Below, piece after piece: positions 1-10,252 of a stretch of 64,000 bases of DNA. Positions within the stretch are counted from its first letter, which is position 1; every line of letters starts with the position of its first letter. Position numbers and translations under genes: made by a program. The DNA is from Prochlorococcus sp. AG-355-I20 (lineage in GTDB: Bacteria; Cyanobacteriota; Cyanobacteriia; PCC-6307; Cyanobiaceae). The notes under the pieces were generated by a model, which searched no databases, was not told the DNA's origin, and saw only the letters and a list, made by a program, of their open reading frames with translations. The DNA lies in NCBI GenBank assembly GCA_003280895.1, contig QCDM01000005.1, forward strand, positions 1,296 through 65,295. Reading direction: 5' to 3'.

Positions 1-346
1 TCCAAATATCGTAATAGCTGCATCTGTATCTATAAATATAATTGGAGTGTTTCTACACTTTGCTAGTGATGCCCAAAAATATTTTTCACTTAAATTAAAA
101 AAAGATCTAATTAAAGAAGGATTTTTCAAAAATATAAGGAATACAAATTATCTAGGAGAAATACTAATTTATCTATCATTCGCCATACTTTCAATGAGTA
201 TCATTCCATTAGTAATTCTTGCAATATTTTTCTCTATAGTTTTTCTACCAAGAATGATAAAAAAAGATAAATCGCTCTCAAAATATGATTCATTCGAAGA
301 ATACAAAAAGAAAAGTGGTCTTATATTGCCTAAATTAAATGTCTGA
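1..346 (+). CDS. DUF1295/steroid 5-alpha-reductase-like membrane protein, 5'-truncated by window edge
   Basis: Frame is open from the window start; 'SDAQKY...L..EGFF...RNTNYLGEILIY' motif. Confidence 0.7.
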   Translation, partial: PNIVIAASVSINIIGVFLHFASDAQKYFSLKLKKDLIKEGFFKNIRNTNYLGEILIYLSFAILSMSIIPLVILAIFFSIVFLPRMIKKDKSLSKYDSFEEYKKKSGLILPKLNV

Positions 347-890
347 TAACAACTTACCCAGTTGGAGGCAAGATTTAAAATCTTCTAGAAAAAAAGAGGG
401 CAAATCACCTTCTAATAGATGGATTCAGCTTGCAACAGTCAGCGAAGAAAATAAGCCAAGATTAAGAACAGTTGTTTTCAGAGGATGGAATAAAGATAGT
501 TCAATGATTATTTTTACAGATAGAAGAAGTGAAAAAATTGGTCATTTAAAATCCAACCCTAATGCAGAAATATTATGGTTCTTTTTGAAAACCAAATCAC
601 AATATAGATTCAAAGGAAAAATACATGAATTAAGTGATAACAAAAATTATTGGGATTTATTATCAGAAAAATCTAAATCTTCTTGGTTTTGGGGATCTCC
701 TGGAGAGAAAATAAATCCAAAAGTCCAATCTACTTATGAAATATTATCAAATCTACCCAAGTCAGAAAATTTTGTAGTTCTAAATTTTGAAATCGATTCA
801 GTAGATCTTCTTAAATTAGAACAGCCTGTTCATAAACGATATCTTTGGGAAAAGATTAAGGAATGGGAAAAAGTTGAAATTAATCCTTAA
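339..890 (+). CDS. Pyridoxamine 5'-phosphate oxidase-related FMN-binding protein
   Basis: 'QLATV...PRLRTVVFRG...FTDRRSEK' motif. Confidence 0.85.
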   Translation: MSDNNLPSWRQDLKSSRKKEGKSPSNRWIQLATVSEENKPRLRTVVFRGWNKDSSMIIFTDRRSEKIGHLKSNPNAEILWFFLKTKSQYRFKGKIHELSDNKNYWDLLSEKSKSSWFWGSPGEKINPKVQSTYEILSNLPKSENFVVLNFEIDSVDLLKLEQPVHKRYLWEKIKEWEKVEINP

Positions 891-965
891 ATATTTCTAA
901 ATTGTATATTTAGGTTGAAAAACATATAGTAATCAGTCAGTTTTAAAAAAAGAAGTATTAATCAT

Positions 966-1139
966 ATGAATTTCTCGGAAATTCCAGAAAACCCTTTTAT
1001 TTTTTTATCTTGGGTGACAGCTATAGGGCTATTTATAAGTCTTTCTGAAGCAACAATTAAGATAAAACTTGAGAAGAAAAACAGTTATCGAAAAAGGTTA
1101 GAGCTGATCAATAACCTTTATCCTAAAAAGTTAGCTTGA
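966..1139 (+). CDS. 57-aa membrane microprotein (not in ORF track)
   Basis: Manual translation MNFSEIPENPFIFLSWVTAIGLFISLSEATIKIKLEKKNSYRKRLELINNLYPKKLA; hydrophobic helix plus basic tail. Confidence 0.45.
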   Translation: MNFSEIPENPFIFLSWVTAIGLFISLSEATIKIKLEKKNSYRKRLELINNLYPKKLA

Positions 1140-1679
1140 AGTATCTGAGAGTATGTTGGCTTGCAAAAATTGAAATAAGCCGCCTTTACTTGTTTCTTCT
1201 TTAACTTCGACTTGCTTTGAAGGTTTTACTGTTGAAAGTATAGTTTCCTCCTCATCTTCTGATTTCAAAATTCTAATAATGACTTCATCCAAGGAAAAAT
1301 TACCGGGACCTGTTAATGCAATTGAAGTTGCTGAAGCAAAATATAAAAGTAAAAGCTCTAGCAAGAAAATATTAAATCCTGAAGTAACAAGTGCGTGATA
1401 TATAGCGACAGAAATTGTTCCAACAATTGCCAAAGCTCCGAATCTTGTGGCTAAACCGATAATTAGTAACCAACTACCACCTATTTCTGAGAACGCCGCT
1501 ATGTATGATAAAAATATTGGGAATGGGAGATGTAATGGTCTTACAAAAGCATCAGCAAAGTTTTCTATGTTTGCTAATTTCTCATAACCGTGATGAATAA
1601 GAACAGTTCCAGTTATAACTCTAAGAATTAATAAAGCAGTATTTTTGCTAAACGACTTGGTAAGAATTGTTGAAAGCAC
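1131..1679 (-). CDS. DoxX family membrane protein
   Basis: 'LRVITG...HGYEKL...AAFSEIGG..LLIIGLATR...GPGNFSLD' motif. Confidence 0.85.
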   Translation of the reverse strand: MLSTILTKSFSKNTALLILRVITGTVLIHHGYEKLANIENFADAFVRPLHLPFPIFLSYIAAFSEIGGSWLLIIGLATRFGALAIVGTISVAIYHALVTSGFNIFLLELLLLYFASATSIALTGPGNFSLDEVIIRILKSEDEEETILSTVKPSKQVEVKEETSKGGLFQFLQANILSDTSS

Positions 1680-1813
1680 TATTAAAAAGTTATCCTTAAG
1701 TAAAAATAACTAGTCACATTATCCATCGTGGATTAAAGAGCAAAAGTCGCGCTTAAATAAGTATTTATACTTACTTACTAATGTTTTATTCTCTGATTAG
1801 GAATTCAACTAAG

Positions 1814-2968
1814 TTAAAAATTATTTTTTGAATATTTTTCTAATATTATCTGATTTATTTTTGGAATATTTTCTTTAAATTTAAAAAACCCTCTTTTAGC
1901 AAATTTCCATGCAAATAAATCTTCATCCCTCACAAGATTAAAAATTTTTTTATGGTGTAAATTTTTAAACTCAGTTATGAAATCATAATTTTCTCCCACT
2001 CCAGGATAAATAATGTCTATTTCGTTGATATTTTTAAAAGTATTTTCCAATGAATAAGTATCAATCTGTTCAACATTATCAAATTGGTCTACAAATTCAG
2101 AGACCAAATCTTGTTTAAATTTCAATACAGATTCAGACAATTTAATATGTCTTTGTTCATTTTTTAAAAGGATAATAAATACTTTTTTATAGCTTGGAAG
2201 TAAATTTTTAAGGGTTGCAAGGTGTAGATCATTTTCAAACATAATCAGATTATCTGATTTAGGATCCATATCATTTTTATAAATCTCATCTTCAAATGGT
2301 ATTTGATTAGATTCTTCAAGAAAAATTTGTTGATTACTTATTTTTTCTACATTAAATCTATTATTTGAAAACTTTCTGAGGTTTGATGATGAAAAAAGAT
2401 ATTGTTTTCCCTTCGTTTGCAATCCTCCGACCCATCTCCAGCTAAGGAGATTAGATGAAGCATCTCCATCAAAAAGATATTTAAAGAAAAACTTTGCTCC
2501 TAATTGCCATGGGAGGCCTAAATTAAATATCCAAGTACTAGCAAACCACATTCTTGTATGGTTATGCAAATAGTTGTACTGCTTTAATTCATGTACCCAA
2601 GAATTAAAAAAATCTAATTCTGTATTGCCATTAATTGCACTTTCATATAACTCATAATCAAAATCGAGATTGTTTTCTGAAATAAAATTTCTCCAAACTT
2701 TAGGTCTATTTTCCATCCACCCTTTCCAGTAAACTCTCCAAAATATTTCTTCAACAAATTTAGTTGAATTTTTGATTTTGTACTTACTTTTAATATCATG
2801 GATCAGATCATATTCCGATAATATTCTATGAGTAATGAAAGGCGATAGTTTTGAAACTGAACTTTCGTTATTTGGCCCAAAATCAAAATTTCTTAATTTT
2901 GCATAATCATTGATTTTGTATTGCGCAAAATTTTCCCATGTATTTTGAGCTTTTAATAAAAATGACAT
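1814..2968 (-). CDS. Photolyase/cryptochrome FAD-binding domain protein lacking the usual N-terminal antenna domain
   Basis: 'SKLSPFI', 'YLHNHTRMWFAS', 'LFDGDASSNLLSWRWVGG'. Confidence 0.8.
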   Translation of the reverse strand: MSFLLKAQNTWENFAQYKINDYAKLRNFDFGPNNESSVSKLSPFITHRILSEYDLIHDIKSKYKIKNSTKFVEEIFWRVYWKGWMENRPKVWRNFISENNLDFDYELYESAINGNTELDFFNSWVHELKQYNYLHNHTRMWFASTWIFNLGLPWQLGAKFFFKYLFDGDASSNLLSWRWVGGLQTKGKQYLFSSSNLRKFSNNRFNVEKISNQQIFLEESNQIPFEDEIYKNDMDPKSDNLIMFENDLHLATLKNLLPSYKKVFIILLKNEQRHIKLSESVLKFKQDLVSEFVDQFDNVEQIDTYSLENTFKNINEIDIIYPGVGENYDFITEFKNLHHKKIFNLVRDEDLFAWKFAKRGFFKFKENIPKINQIILEKYSKNNF

Positions 2969-3245
2969 TTTCTCATAACTTTAAAAAAATTTTTTTTGTA
3001 TTGAAGGGAATTTCAAAAATTTGCCTTTAAATTAATCCTTAAAATTTTCTATTTAACTTTTAAGTAAATATGTTTGATTGAAGTATTTAATTTAAACGCC
3101 TTAGAAGTATATTTTATACTCTTGAATCGCTCTCTGCGTAGGAGGATATTTTGTGGCCAATTACTTTTTAGATCTAATTTTAATTTTCAAATCTTTATTA
3201 AGATGATTTTTTCTAAAAGATTTTTAAATATTTATCAAAATTATT

Positions 3246-3995
3246 ATGAATAATTTATTAGTGAGAGATGTTAAGTATCTAGATGAAGAATACAGAATAG
3301 GTGAAGGCATAATTTCAGATGATGCATTTAAGCAACTTGAAAAGCTCTTTATTCCTGTTGATCCAGAGCCTGACTACTTTAATCAAAAAAATAATAAACT
3401 TTTACCAAAATTAGCCAAAGAAAACTATAAAGAATTTTTGGAAAGTTTATTAACAAAAACAAGATTAAGCATTCAACCAAAAATTGATGGCTGCGCTATT
3501 GCAATTAGATACTTAGATGGCAAGTTTAATAAAGCTATTTCAAAAAAAGGATTTGATGTCTCAAGCAAAATTAAACAAATTAAAAATGTCCCCGATTTTA
3601 TTCCTATCAAACGAGATTTTCAAATTAGAGGTGAACTATACGCTAGAAACCAAGTTGCCGGCATTTCCCAAAGAATTACAAGAAAATACCTCAATGATAA
3701 GAAAGGGATTGGAGAAAGTCTCCGCTTTTGCTGTTTCCAAATACTTAATGGAAGACTTAATCAATATGAAACCCTTAACTATCTTAAAAAATGTGGCTTC
3801 AGCACCCCTGAAAGTTACTTCACAAATCATACAAGCGAAATCCAAATATATAAAAAAAATTGGTTAGAGAAAAAAATATTTGCGAAATATCCAACTAATG
3901 GGATAGTTATAAAAATAAATAGTAGGAAATTACAGTTACTCAAAGAGAAAAGTTTATCTCAAAATAACGAATGGCAATATGCAATTGAAAAATAA
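3246..3995 (+). CDS. Truncated NAD-dependent DNA ligase-like protein (adenylation domain only)
   Basis: KIDG motif I, 'IRGELY', 'NGIVIKIN'; ends at 'AIEK' with no OB, Zn, HhH or BRCT domains. Confidence 0.8.
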   Translation: MNNLLVRDVKYLDEEYRIGEGIISDDAFKQLEKLFIPVDPEPDYFNQKNNKLLPKLAKENYKEFLESLLTKTRLSIQPKIDGCAIAIRYLDGKFNKAISKKGFDVSSKIKQIKNVPDFIPIKRDFQIRGELYARNQVAGISQRITRKYLNDKKGIGESLRFCCFQILNGRLNQYETLNYLKKCGFSTPESYFTNHTSEIQIYKKNWLEKKIFAKYPTNGIVIKINSRKLQLLKEKSLSQNNEWQYAIEK

Positions 3996-4103
3996 TTTTT
4001 AATAGTACCTTCAATAAGAGCTCACGATACTGACTTCAAGTATTTACAGTGGAAAAGTAAATAAATTTTGGTTAAATTCCAAAGCAATTTGCAGGATTAC
4101 TAA

Positions 4104-5033
4104 ATGACTGCCACTATTTCAAGACCTAAAATCACTAACTGGGAAACATCTAATATTCCAAACCTTACAGGCAAAACAGCTTTAATTACTGGTGCGAATA
4201 GTGGTCTTGGATACTACACTGCAAAGGCATTAGCAGAAAAAAATGCTCATGTTGTTATAGCTTGTAGATCACTTGAAAAAGCTAATCAAACTATCAAAAA
4301 ACTTAAAGGTTTTAATCCTGAAGGATTATTTACACCTTTAGAATTAAATTTGTCAGATTTAAAAAATATTGTTGAAGTTCAGTCCAAAATTTTTGATAAT
4401 TTTGAAAATTTGGATTTATTAATCAATAATGCAGGCATTATGCATCCGCCTAAGACTCTTAGTGCCCAGGGATATGAAATACAATTTGCAGTTAATCATC
4501 TAGCTCATATGCTTTTAACTCTAAAGCTACTACCAATTATCGAAAAAAAAGAAGAATCTAGAATAGTGACGGTGACTTCCGGAGCACAATTTTTTGGAAA
4601 GGTTGGTTGGAAAAATCTGAAAGCCGAGAACTATTACAACAAATGGGAATCTTACTCCAATAGCAAATTGGCAAATGTAATGTTTGCCTTGGAACTAAAT
4701 GAGAACTTAAAGCACAAAAATATACTTTCTTTAGCTGCTCACCCAGGAATTGCAAAAACAAATCTCTTTACTGCTCAAAAACCTAACCCTGGTCCATTAG
4801 AAACATTCTCATTGGAATTATTTAGCCCTATTTTTCAAACTGCTGAGATGGGTGCTTTACCTCAGCTTTTTGCAGCTACTTCACCAGACGCAAGAGGCGG
4901 TGATCATTATGGTCCTAGATTTAATTTCAGAGGTCATCCAAAACTATCCCCTACTTCTCCTTTCGCCATGAATAAAAAAGAAAGAAAAAATTTATGGGAA
5001 AAAAGCCTCGAAATACTTAATAACTTCTTATAA
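4104..5033 (+). CDS. Short-chain dehydrogenase/reductase (retinol dehydrogenase-like)
   Basis: TGANSGLG, NNAG and YSNSK motifs. Confidence 0.9.
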   Translation: MTATISRPKITNWETSNIPNLTGKTALITGANSGLGYYTAKALAEKNAHVVIACRSLEKANQTIKKLKGFNPEGLFTPLELNLSDLKNIVEVQSKIFDNFENLDLLINNAGIMHPPKTLSAQGYEIQFAVNHLAHMLLTLKLLPIIEKKEESRIVTVTSGAQFFGKVGWKNLKAENYYNKWESYSNSKLANVMFALELNENLKHKNILSLAAHPGIAKTNLFTAQKPNPGPLETFSLELFSPIFQTAEMGALPQLFAATSPDARGGDHYGPRFNFRGHPKLSPTSPFAMNKKERKNLWEKSLEILNNFL

Positions 5034-5294
5034 ATTTTTCATTTTTACTAACTTTAGAAAATACTTCAAGATATGTAATTCACTCTCTGAGAGTTTCATA
5101 AATTCTATTAAAGCATCATAATTTTTTTCATCAATTTTTTTTGATAATTGAATAAAACTATCATGATTTTCATTAACAAAGCGCTCAGCAATCTGAGACG
5201 GAGTTAAACCCTGTTCAATTAATTCACCTGGAGCATTTTTCTCCCATTTTTCATAAAACCAAGAGAACCAATATTTTGCAGTATTATCTTCCAT
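5028..5294 (-). CDS. Hypothetical protein, paralog of 15740-16057
   Basis: Shared 'WFxW...G..P...AE.F...N...F.KL.E.E.H' pattern. Confidence 0.65.
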   Translation of the reverse strand: MEDNTAKYWFSWFYEKWEKNAPGELIEQGLTPSQIAERFVNENHDSFIQLSKKIDEKNYDALIEFMKLSESELHILKYFLKLVKMKNL

Positions 5295-5346
5295 TAATTA
5301 ACTTCTCTTGGGCGAATACTATAAATACTGAAGAAAAATCTCATGA

Positions 5347-6825
5347 TTGAATTACCCTTTAAACACAATTAATATAAATGCAATTATAAATTTAATGATA
5401 GATAATCATTCAAGCAAAAGAAATATTAATCTTGTAATTGGATTAGGTAAATCTGGATTTTGGGCTGCCAAGTATTTGAGAAGCATTAATAAGAGAGTAA
5501 TTGTTTGGGAAAGTAAAGATGGGATAGAATTCTTAGAAAGAAAAACAGCATTAGAAGAGCTTAATATTTTAGTTTCTCTAAACAAAGAATTTGTATTTGA
5601 AGAAATTCAACCTTTTTTGAAAGAGATCGAATCTGTTGTTGTAAGTCCATCAATACCTTATGACCATATAACTATTATTGAATTAAAAAAAAAGGGAATT
5701 AAAGTAATTGGAGAAATTAATGTTGCATGGGAAATTTTAAAAGACACAAATTGGATAGGTATTACTGGCACCAATGGCAAGACTACTGTTACTCATCTAC
5801 TAAGCCATATACTCTGTGATACTGGATTATATGCTCCTTTTGCTGGAAATATTGGTACACCTTTATGTAAGTATGCTCACTCTAAAAAACATGAAAAAAT
5901 TGATTGGGTTGTAGCTGAATTAAGCAGTTATCAAATAGAAATATCTCCAGAAGTAAAACCTAATATTGGAATATGGACAACCTTCACAGAAGATCATCTT
6001 GAAAGACATAAAACACTTGAAAACTATTTCAACATAAAAAAAAGCTTGTTAGAAAAATCTGATTTTAGAATTTATAATTATGACGATAAAAACCTAAGAA
6101 ATCACTACAGTTTGCTATCAAGAGGGGTTTGGATAACAACTAGTTTCGATAAATCAAATTTTATTCATTGCGATTATTGGATAGATGAACAAGCGTACAT
6201 TATTGAGAAAGGGAAGAAATTATTCAAACTTGAACATTTTTCTTTAAAAGGAATGCATAATCTTCAAAATCTTTTATTGGTAATTGCAGCAGCAAGAAAA
6301 GTTGGATTATCTGCCAAGAAGATTAAATATTCTTTATCTAATTACAAACAATTACCCCATAGGATGGAAACAATTTATAAAAATAATGATCTGGAAATCA
6401 TTAATGATAGTAAAGCTACAAATTTTGACTCATCTATTGCGGGAATAAGTTCAATTGAAGGTCAAATAATAATAATTGCTGGGGGTAGATTAAAAGGTAA
6501 TGAATATAGTGAATGGATAAATGTTTTAAAGAAAAAAGTTAAATGTGTTTTCCTTTTTGGAGAAAGCTCAAAATTCCTAAAAATGGCGCTTATTAATGAA
6601 GGATTTAAAAAAAATATTTTTGAATTTTCAGAACTAAAAGAGCTTTTAAATTCTGTTTTTCATTATTTACAAAATAATAGGGTTGGTACATTATTATTCT
6701 CACCTTCATGCTCTAGTTTTGATCAATTTAAAAATTATGAAGAGCGTGGAAATTATTTCAAGAAACTAATAAGTGAAAAATTAAAGGTTAATAAATCCAT
6801 TTTTTGTTCAAGTATCATTTCGTAA
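5347..6825 (+). CDS. murD: UDP-N-acetylmuramoyl-L-alanine--D-glutamate ligase (true start probably ATG 5395)
   Basis: [49 protein letters not shown]. Confidence 0.95.
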   Translation: MNYPLNTININAIINLMIDNHSSKRNINLVIGLGKSGFWAAKYLRSINKRVIVWESKDGIEFLERKTALEELNILVSLNKEFVFEEIQPFLKEIESVVVSPSIPYDHITIIELKKKGIKVIGEINVAWEILKDTNWIGITGTNGKTTVTHLLSHILCDTGLYAPFAGNIGTPLCKYAHSKKHEKIDWVVAELSSYQIEISPEVKPNIGIWTTFTEDHLERHKTLENYFNIKKSLLEKSDFRIYNYDDKNLRNHYSLLSRGVWITTSFDKSNFIHCDYWIDEQAYIIEKGKKLFKLEHFSLKGMHNLQNLLLVIAAARKVGLSAKKIKYSLSNYKQLPHRMETIYKNNDLEIINDSKATNFDSSIAGISSIEGQIIIIAGGRLKGNEYSEWINVLKKKVKCVFLFGESSKFLKMALINEGFKKNIFEFSELKELLNSVFHYLQNNRVGTLLFSPSCSSFDQFKNYEERGNYFKKLISEKLKVNKSIFCSSIIS

Positions 6826-6911
6826 TTTTCAGGTCGGTCATCACAACCGTTTACCCTCTAGCAAATATTCACTTAATTAGTTAGATTTTGTCTATAAATT
6901 AACCACTAGCA

Positions 6912-7226
6912 ATGAGTGAATTTAACAATTTACCTCAAGCAATAAGTCATAAAAAATTAAGTTACTTGATGCTTAAGGCACAAAAGGATTCTCATTTTTC
7001 TGATGAATTAGCTGAAATAGAAAGCCCTGAAAAAAGAGAATTTGAAGAGTTAATCAACAATTGGGAAGCTTCAACTAAGAAGGTAGTTAATGAGTTATCA
7101 AAAAGAAAAGAGAATTTACTAAAAGATAAATCACCAAATTCTCTAATTGCACTTGGTGCTATGGAAGTTCACCTTAATATGGCTTTGCAAGCCTTAAATG
7201 CATTTAATAAAGGAATTGATGAGTAA
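6912..7226 (+). CDS. Hypothetical helical protein
   Basis: 104-aa ORF with ATG start and gene-like composition. Confidence 0.65.
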   Translation: MSEFNNLPQAISHKKLSYLMLKAQKDSHFSDELAEIESPEKREFEELINNWEASTKKVVNELSKRKENLLKDKSPNSLIALGAMEVHLNMALQALNAFNKGIDE

Positions 7227-7239
7227 AAAAACACTTAAA

Positions 7240-7971
7240 TTACAAGGAAGGCATCGAAAATAAGAGGAAATCTAAGTTTTTTTCAGTATCTATAGAAACA
7301 TCATCATAAGAATTAACTTCAAAACCAACGCCATCTCCAGATTCGAGAAATATATTTGAATTAGAGTCTTTACTTTTTAATAAAAGATTACCTTCTATTA
7401 TTTGTATCCAATTATATTTATCGATTTTTAAAGGCAATTTTTTTTCTTTAATTGGCTTATATTTACAACGCCATAAAGAGATACTTTGATTTAAAAAAAG
7501 CTTATTATTTTTACCGTCTTTGTAATTAAAAATAAGATTGTCCCACAACTTTTTATTTAATGAAATTTGATCATATCGAGGTTTGATATTTTCTTTTTGA
7601 GGGTATATCCAAATCTGGAACAACTTACAGTTCTCATTTTCTTCATTCTTCTCGCTATGAGAGATTCCAGTACCTGCAGACATAACTTGTACTTCATCTT
7701 TGTGAATTTTTCCAAGATTGTTTAAAGAGTCTCTATGAGTTATTGCTCCTTTTGTTACGACAGTAATTATTTCCATATTTGCATGAGAATGTGTATTAAA
7801 TCCTGCATTAGGAGAAATAATATCTTCGTTTATAACTCTAATTTTCCCAAAATTGTCCCATTTTGGATCTCTATGCTCTGCGAAAGAAAATGAATGCATC
7901 GAATTTAGCCATTCTCTAGTCGATCTAAATCTTTCGTACGATTTCCTTATTTTAATTATTTTAAAAGACAT
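7240..7971 (-). CDS. Pirin family protein
   Basis: 'HSFSF...RVINED...HSHANMEI...HRDS...MSAGTGISHSE...QIW'. Confidence 0.92.
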   Translation of the reverse strand: MSFKIIKIRKSYERFRSTREWLNSMHSFSFAEHRDPKWDNFGKIRVINEDIISPNAGFNTHSHANMEIITVVTKGAITHRDSLNNLGKIHKDEVQVMSAGTGISHSEKNEENENCKLFQIWIYPQKENIKPRYDQISLNKKLWDNLIFNYKDGKNNKLFLNQSISLWRCKYKPIKEKKLPLKIDKYNWIQIIEGNLLLKSKDSNSNIFLESGDGVGFEVNSYDDVSIDTEKNLDFLLFSMPSL

Positions 7972-8268
7972 AAATATTAAGAAATAAATATGGTATATTT
8001 GTGTAAATTAAATATTTTGAAAATTAAAATTTATGAATAAGTGAAATTAATTTTTATTTATTTATTGATTTTACTTTGTGCTTTATTTGCTTTATTAATT
8101 ATTTTTTTTGCTTCTTCTCTTGTAGAACATTTTTCTGCCTCAACATTTAAGTTTTTTAGTTTATTTAATTGCTTTGAAATTTTCATATTTGGTTAACTTC
8201 ACAATTAGAACTTAACACATATTTAATGGATTAGCTAAAAATACTGGATTGCATTTGAGCCTTACTAC

Positions 8269-8805
8269 CTAAAAATAAGATTGGAGGATGGAATAATCAG
8301 AACAATATAAAGGGTGTATTGGATTATCTTTGATTGTTTTCTTAATTAAAAGCGGTCCAATAGGATTATCAAAATTATTTTTCCTAATTGAGTTATATTG
8401 CATTATTTTTTTTGATATTCTTTTATTTCTATTTAGAAATTTACCTTTATTACCCCAACCTAACCATAAATCACAATTTTTACTTTCAGACCAGTGTTTT
8501 AAGTTTCTATAAATATGATTATTGTTTAGGTAGCCCACAGGGTTTTTATGTTTAAAAAGTTTTTCTGGTTTGCTTGAAATAAGAGCAAATAGATTTATTA
8601 ATTTTACTTTGCCGTAATTATTGTTTTTCGAAATTTTGATTATCTTTTTTGTTGTGTTGTCCAAGAACACTTCATCCGATAATGAGGGATTCAAACCAAT
8701 AAAGATAATCTCTTTTTTAGATTTAGAAATCTTATAACTTAAACTCCATCTATATAGTTTGTTAGCACTTATTAAACAATTTCTTTCTAGAAATAAATTA
8801 TTCAA
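8269..8805 (-). CDS. DUF1643 family protein
   Basis: 'YRWSL', 'FIGLNPS', 'NLFA', 'GWG', 'PIHPLY'. Confidence 0.85.
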   Translation of the reverse strand: MNNLFLERNCLISANKLYRWSLSYKISKSKKEIIFIGLNPSLSDEVFLDNTTKKIIKISKNNNYGKVKLINLFALISSKPEKLFKHKNPVGYLNNNHIYRNLKHWSESKNCDLWLGWGNKGKFLNRNKRISKKIMQYNSIRKNNFDNPIGPLLIKKTIKDNPIHPLYCSDYSILQSYF

Positions 8806-9287
8806 CCTAAACCTACACCTCTAGCCATGAGAGTGGCAAACAAAGGTATTGTTGCAAAGCCCACTAATTCCGTTGTAATAATTAGTCTGAACCTCTTGAC
8901 TAGATTTTCAGATATTTCAGGTAATTTATTCTTACTTAATGGAATGGCCCATAAGATATAGGTTGTTGTTGGGTATAAAGAAAGTAATCCCACAAGAATA
9001 TAAAGAGAAACCTTTATCCAAAAAACGGGATTACCTGTATAGAAATCACCTCCCTGACCAAAATACTTAACACGTAAAATCCCAGTAACTAATATCGCAA
9101 CTCCTGCTAAACCATAAACCACATCTGCAATTATCATTGAGATCGTCTCATTTCTGTTAAGACCTACTTTAAGAGTCAATCTTTCGAACAAAAGAGAACC
9201 GAAACACAATATTATTCCTAAATAATGAACATATGCTACTAATGCACTTTTAGCAATTTCACCTGTCAATAAAGTTCCTAATAACAT
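8802..9287 (-). CDS. DUF2214 family membrane protein
   Basis: 'AYVHYL...D..YG...TG.LR...FW.K...LS.YPT...A.LMARG.G'. Confidence 0.85.
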   Translation of the reverse strand: MLLGTLLTGEIAKSALVAYVHYLGIILCFGSLLFERLTLKVGLNRNETISMIIADVVYGLAGVAILVTGILRVKYFGQGGDFYTGNPVFWIKVSLYILVGLLSLYPTTTYILWAIPLSKNKLPEISENLVKRFRLIITTELVGFATIPLFATLMARGVGLG

Positions 9288-9375
9288 TTTCTAGTCAAAA
9301 TTTATACAATACTAACCACCAAATAAAGAATTTGTTTAGAAAATAAATTAAACAATAAAAAGTCAGGTTTTGAAT

Positions 9376-10125
9376 CTAGGACTCTAAAAACCTTTTTTGA
9401 CCATCTTCAAAGAAATCCTTTTTATTCCATACTTCGATTACATCTGGGAAATGTTTTTCCATACAATTATCACAAACCCCATGACTGAATCTAATATCAC
9501 TAATTTTCGAAAGATATTTTTCTAAATGCATCCAATCGCCCTCCTTATTTTTCACTTCTCTGCAATATGAACAGACAGATAAAATACCTTCCTGTTTGTG
9601 CAAGTTAGACAAAGCATCTAGCAAGTTCAATGACTTTTTTCTAAGCTCTAAAAATGAAACTATTTGCTTGGATAATAATTCCATAATATTGAATTGTTGT
9701 GTAGTTAGATTTCCTGGCTTTCTGTCTATTACACAAAGAGTTCCAAGTTTATTACCATCACTATTTCTAAGGGGAAAACCTGCATAAAAACGAATCTTGG
9801 GATCTCCTGTTACCAATGGATTATTTATAAACCTTTCATCTTGGAAAGCATCATGAATAATTAATGGACTATTTTCTTTTATTGCATGGGTACAAAAAGA
9901 CCAATCTCTTCTAGTTTCTGATATTTGAAGTCCAACTTTGGATTTAAACCATTGTTTATCTTTGTCTACCAATGTCATTAAAGAAATAGGCACATTACAG
10001 GTTGTAGCAGCAATTTTTATAATATCGTCATAACATGATTCTGGCTTGGTTCCCAAAATCCTATATTCTGCTAAAGCTTTTAATCTTCTTTCTTCTTCTT
10101 CTTTTTTTGATACAAGATTCTGCAT
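9376..10125 (-). CDS. GAF-domain protein with C-terminal CxxC...HGxCxxC module
   Basis: 'RLKALAEYRIL', 'SFCTHAI', 'IRFYAGFPL', 'GTLCVID', 'CSYC...SHGVCDNC'. Confidence 0.85.
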   Translation of the reverse strand: MQNLVSKKEEEERRLKALAEYRILGTKPESCYDDIIKIAATTCNVPISLMTLVDKDKQWFKSKVGLQISETRRDWSFCTHAIKENSPLIIHDAFQDERFINNPLVTGDPKIRFYAGFPLRNSDGNKLGTLCVIDRKPGNLTTQQFNIMELLSKQIVSFLELRKKSLNLLDALSNLHKQEGILSVCSYCREVKNKEGDWMHLEKYLSKISDIRFSHGVCDNCMEKHFPDVIEVWNKKDFFEDGQKRFLES

Positions 10126-10252
10126 TAATCTTCACCAATAATTAAAACTTTAAAATTAAAGTTTCTCCAAAAAACTTTTTCCGACTAATACTTAATAAAA
10201 AAAAGATAAACTTATTGAATTGTTACTTACTGATTTATTACTTATTAATTTA

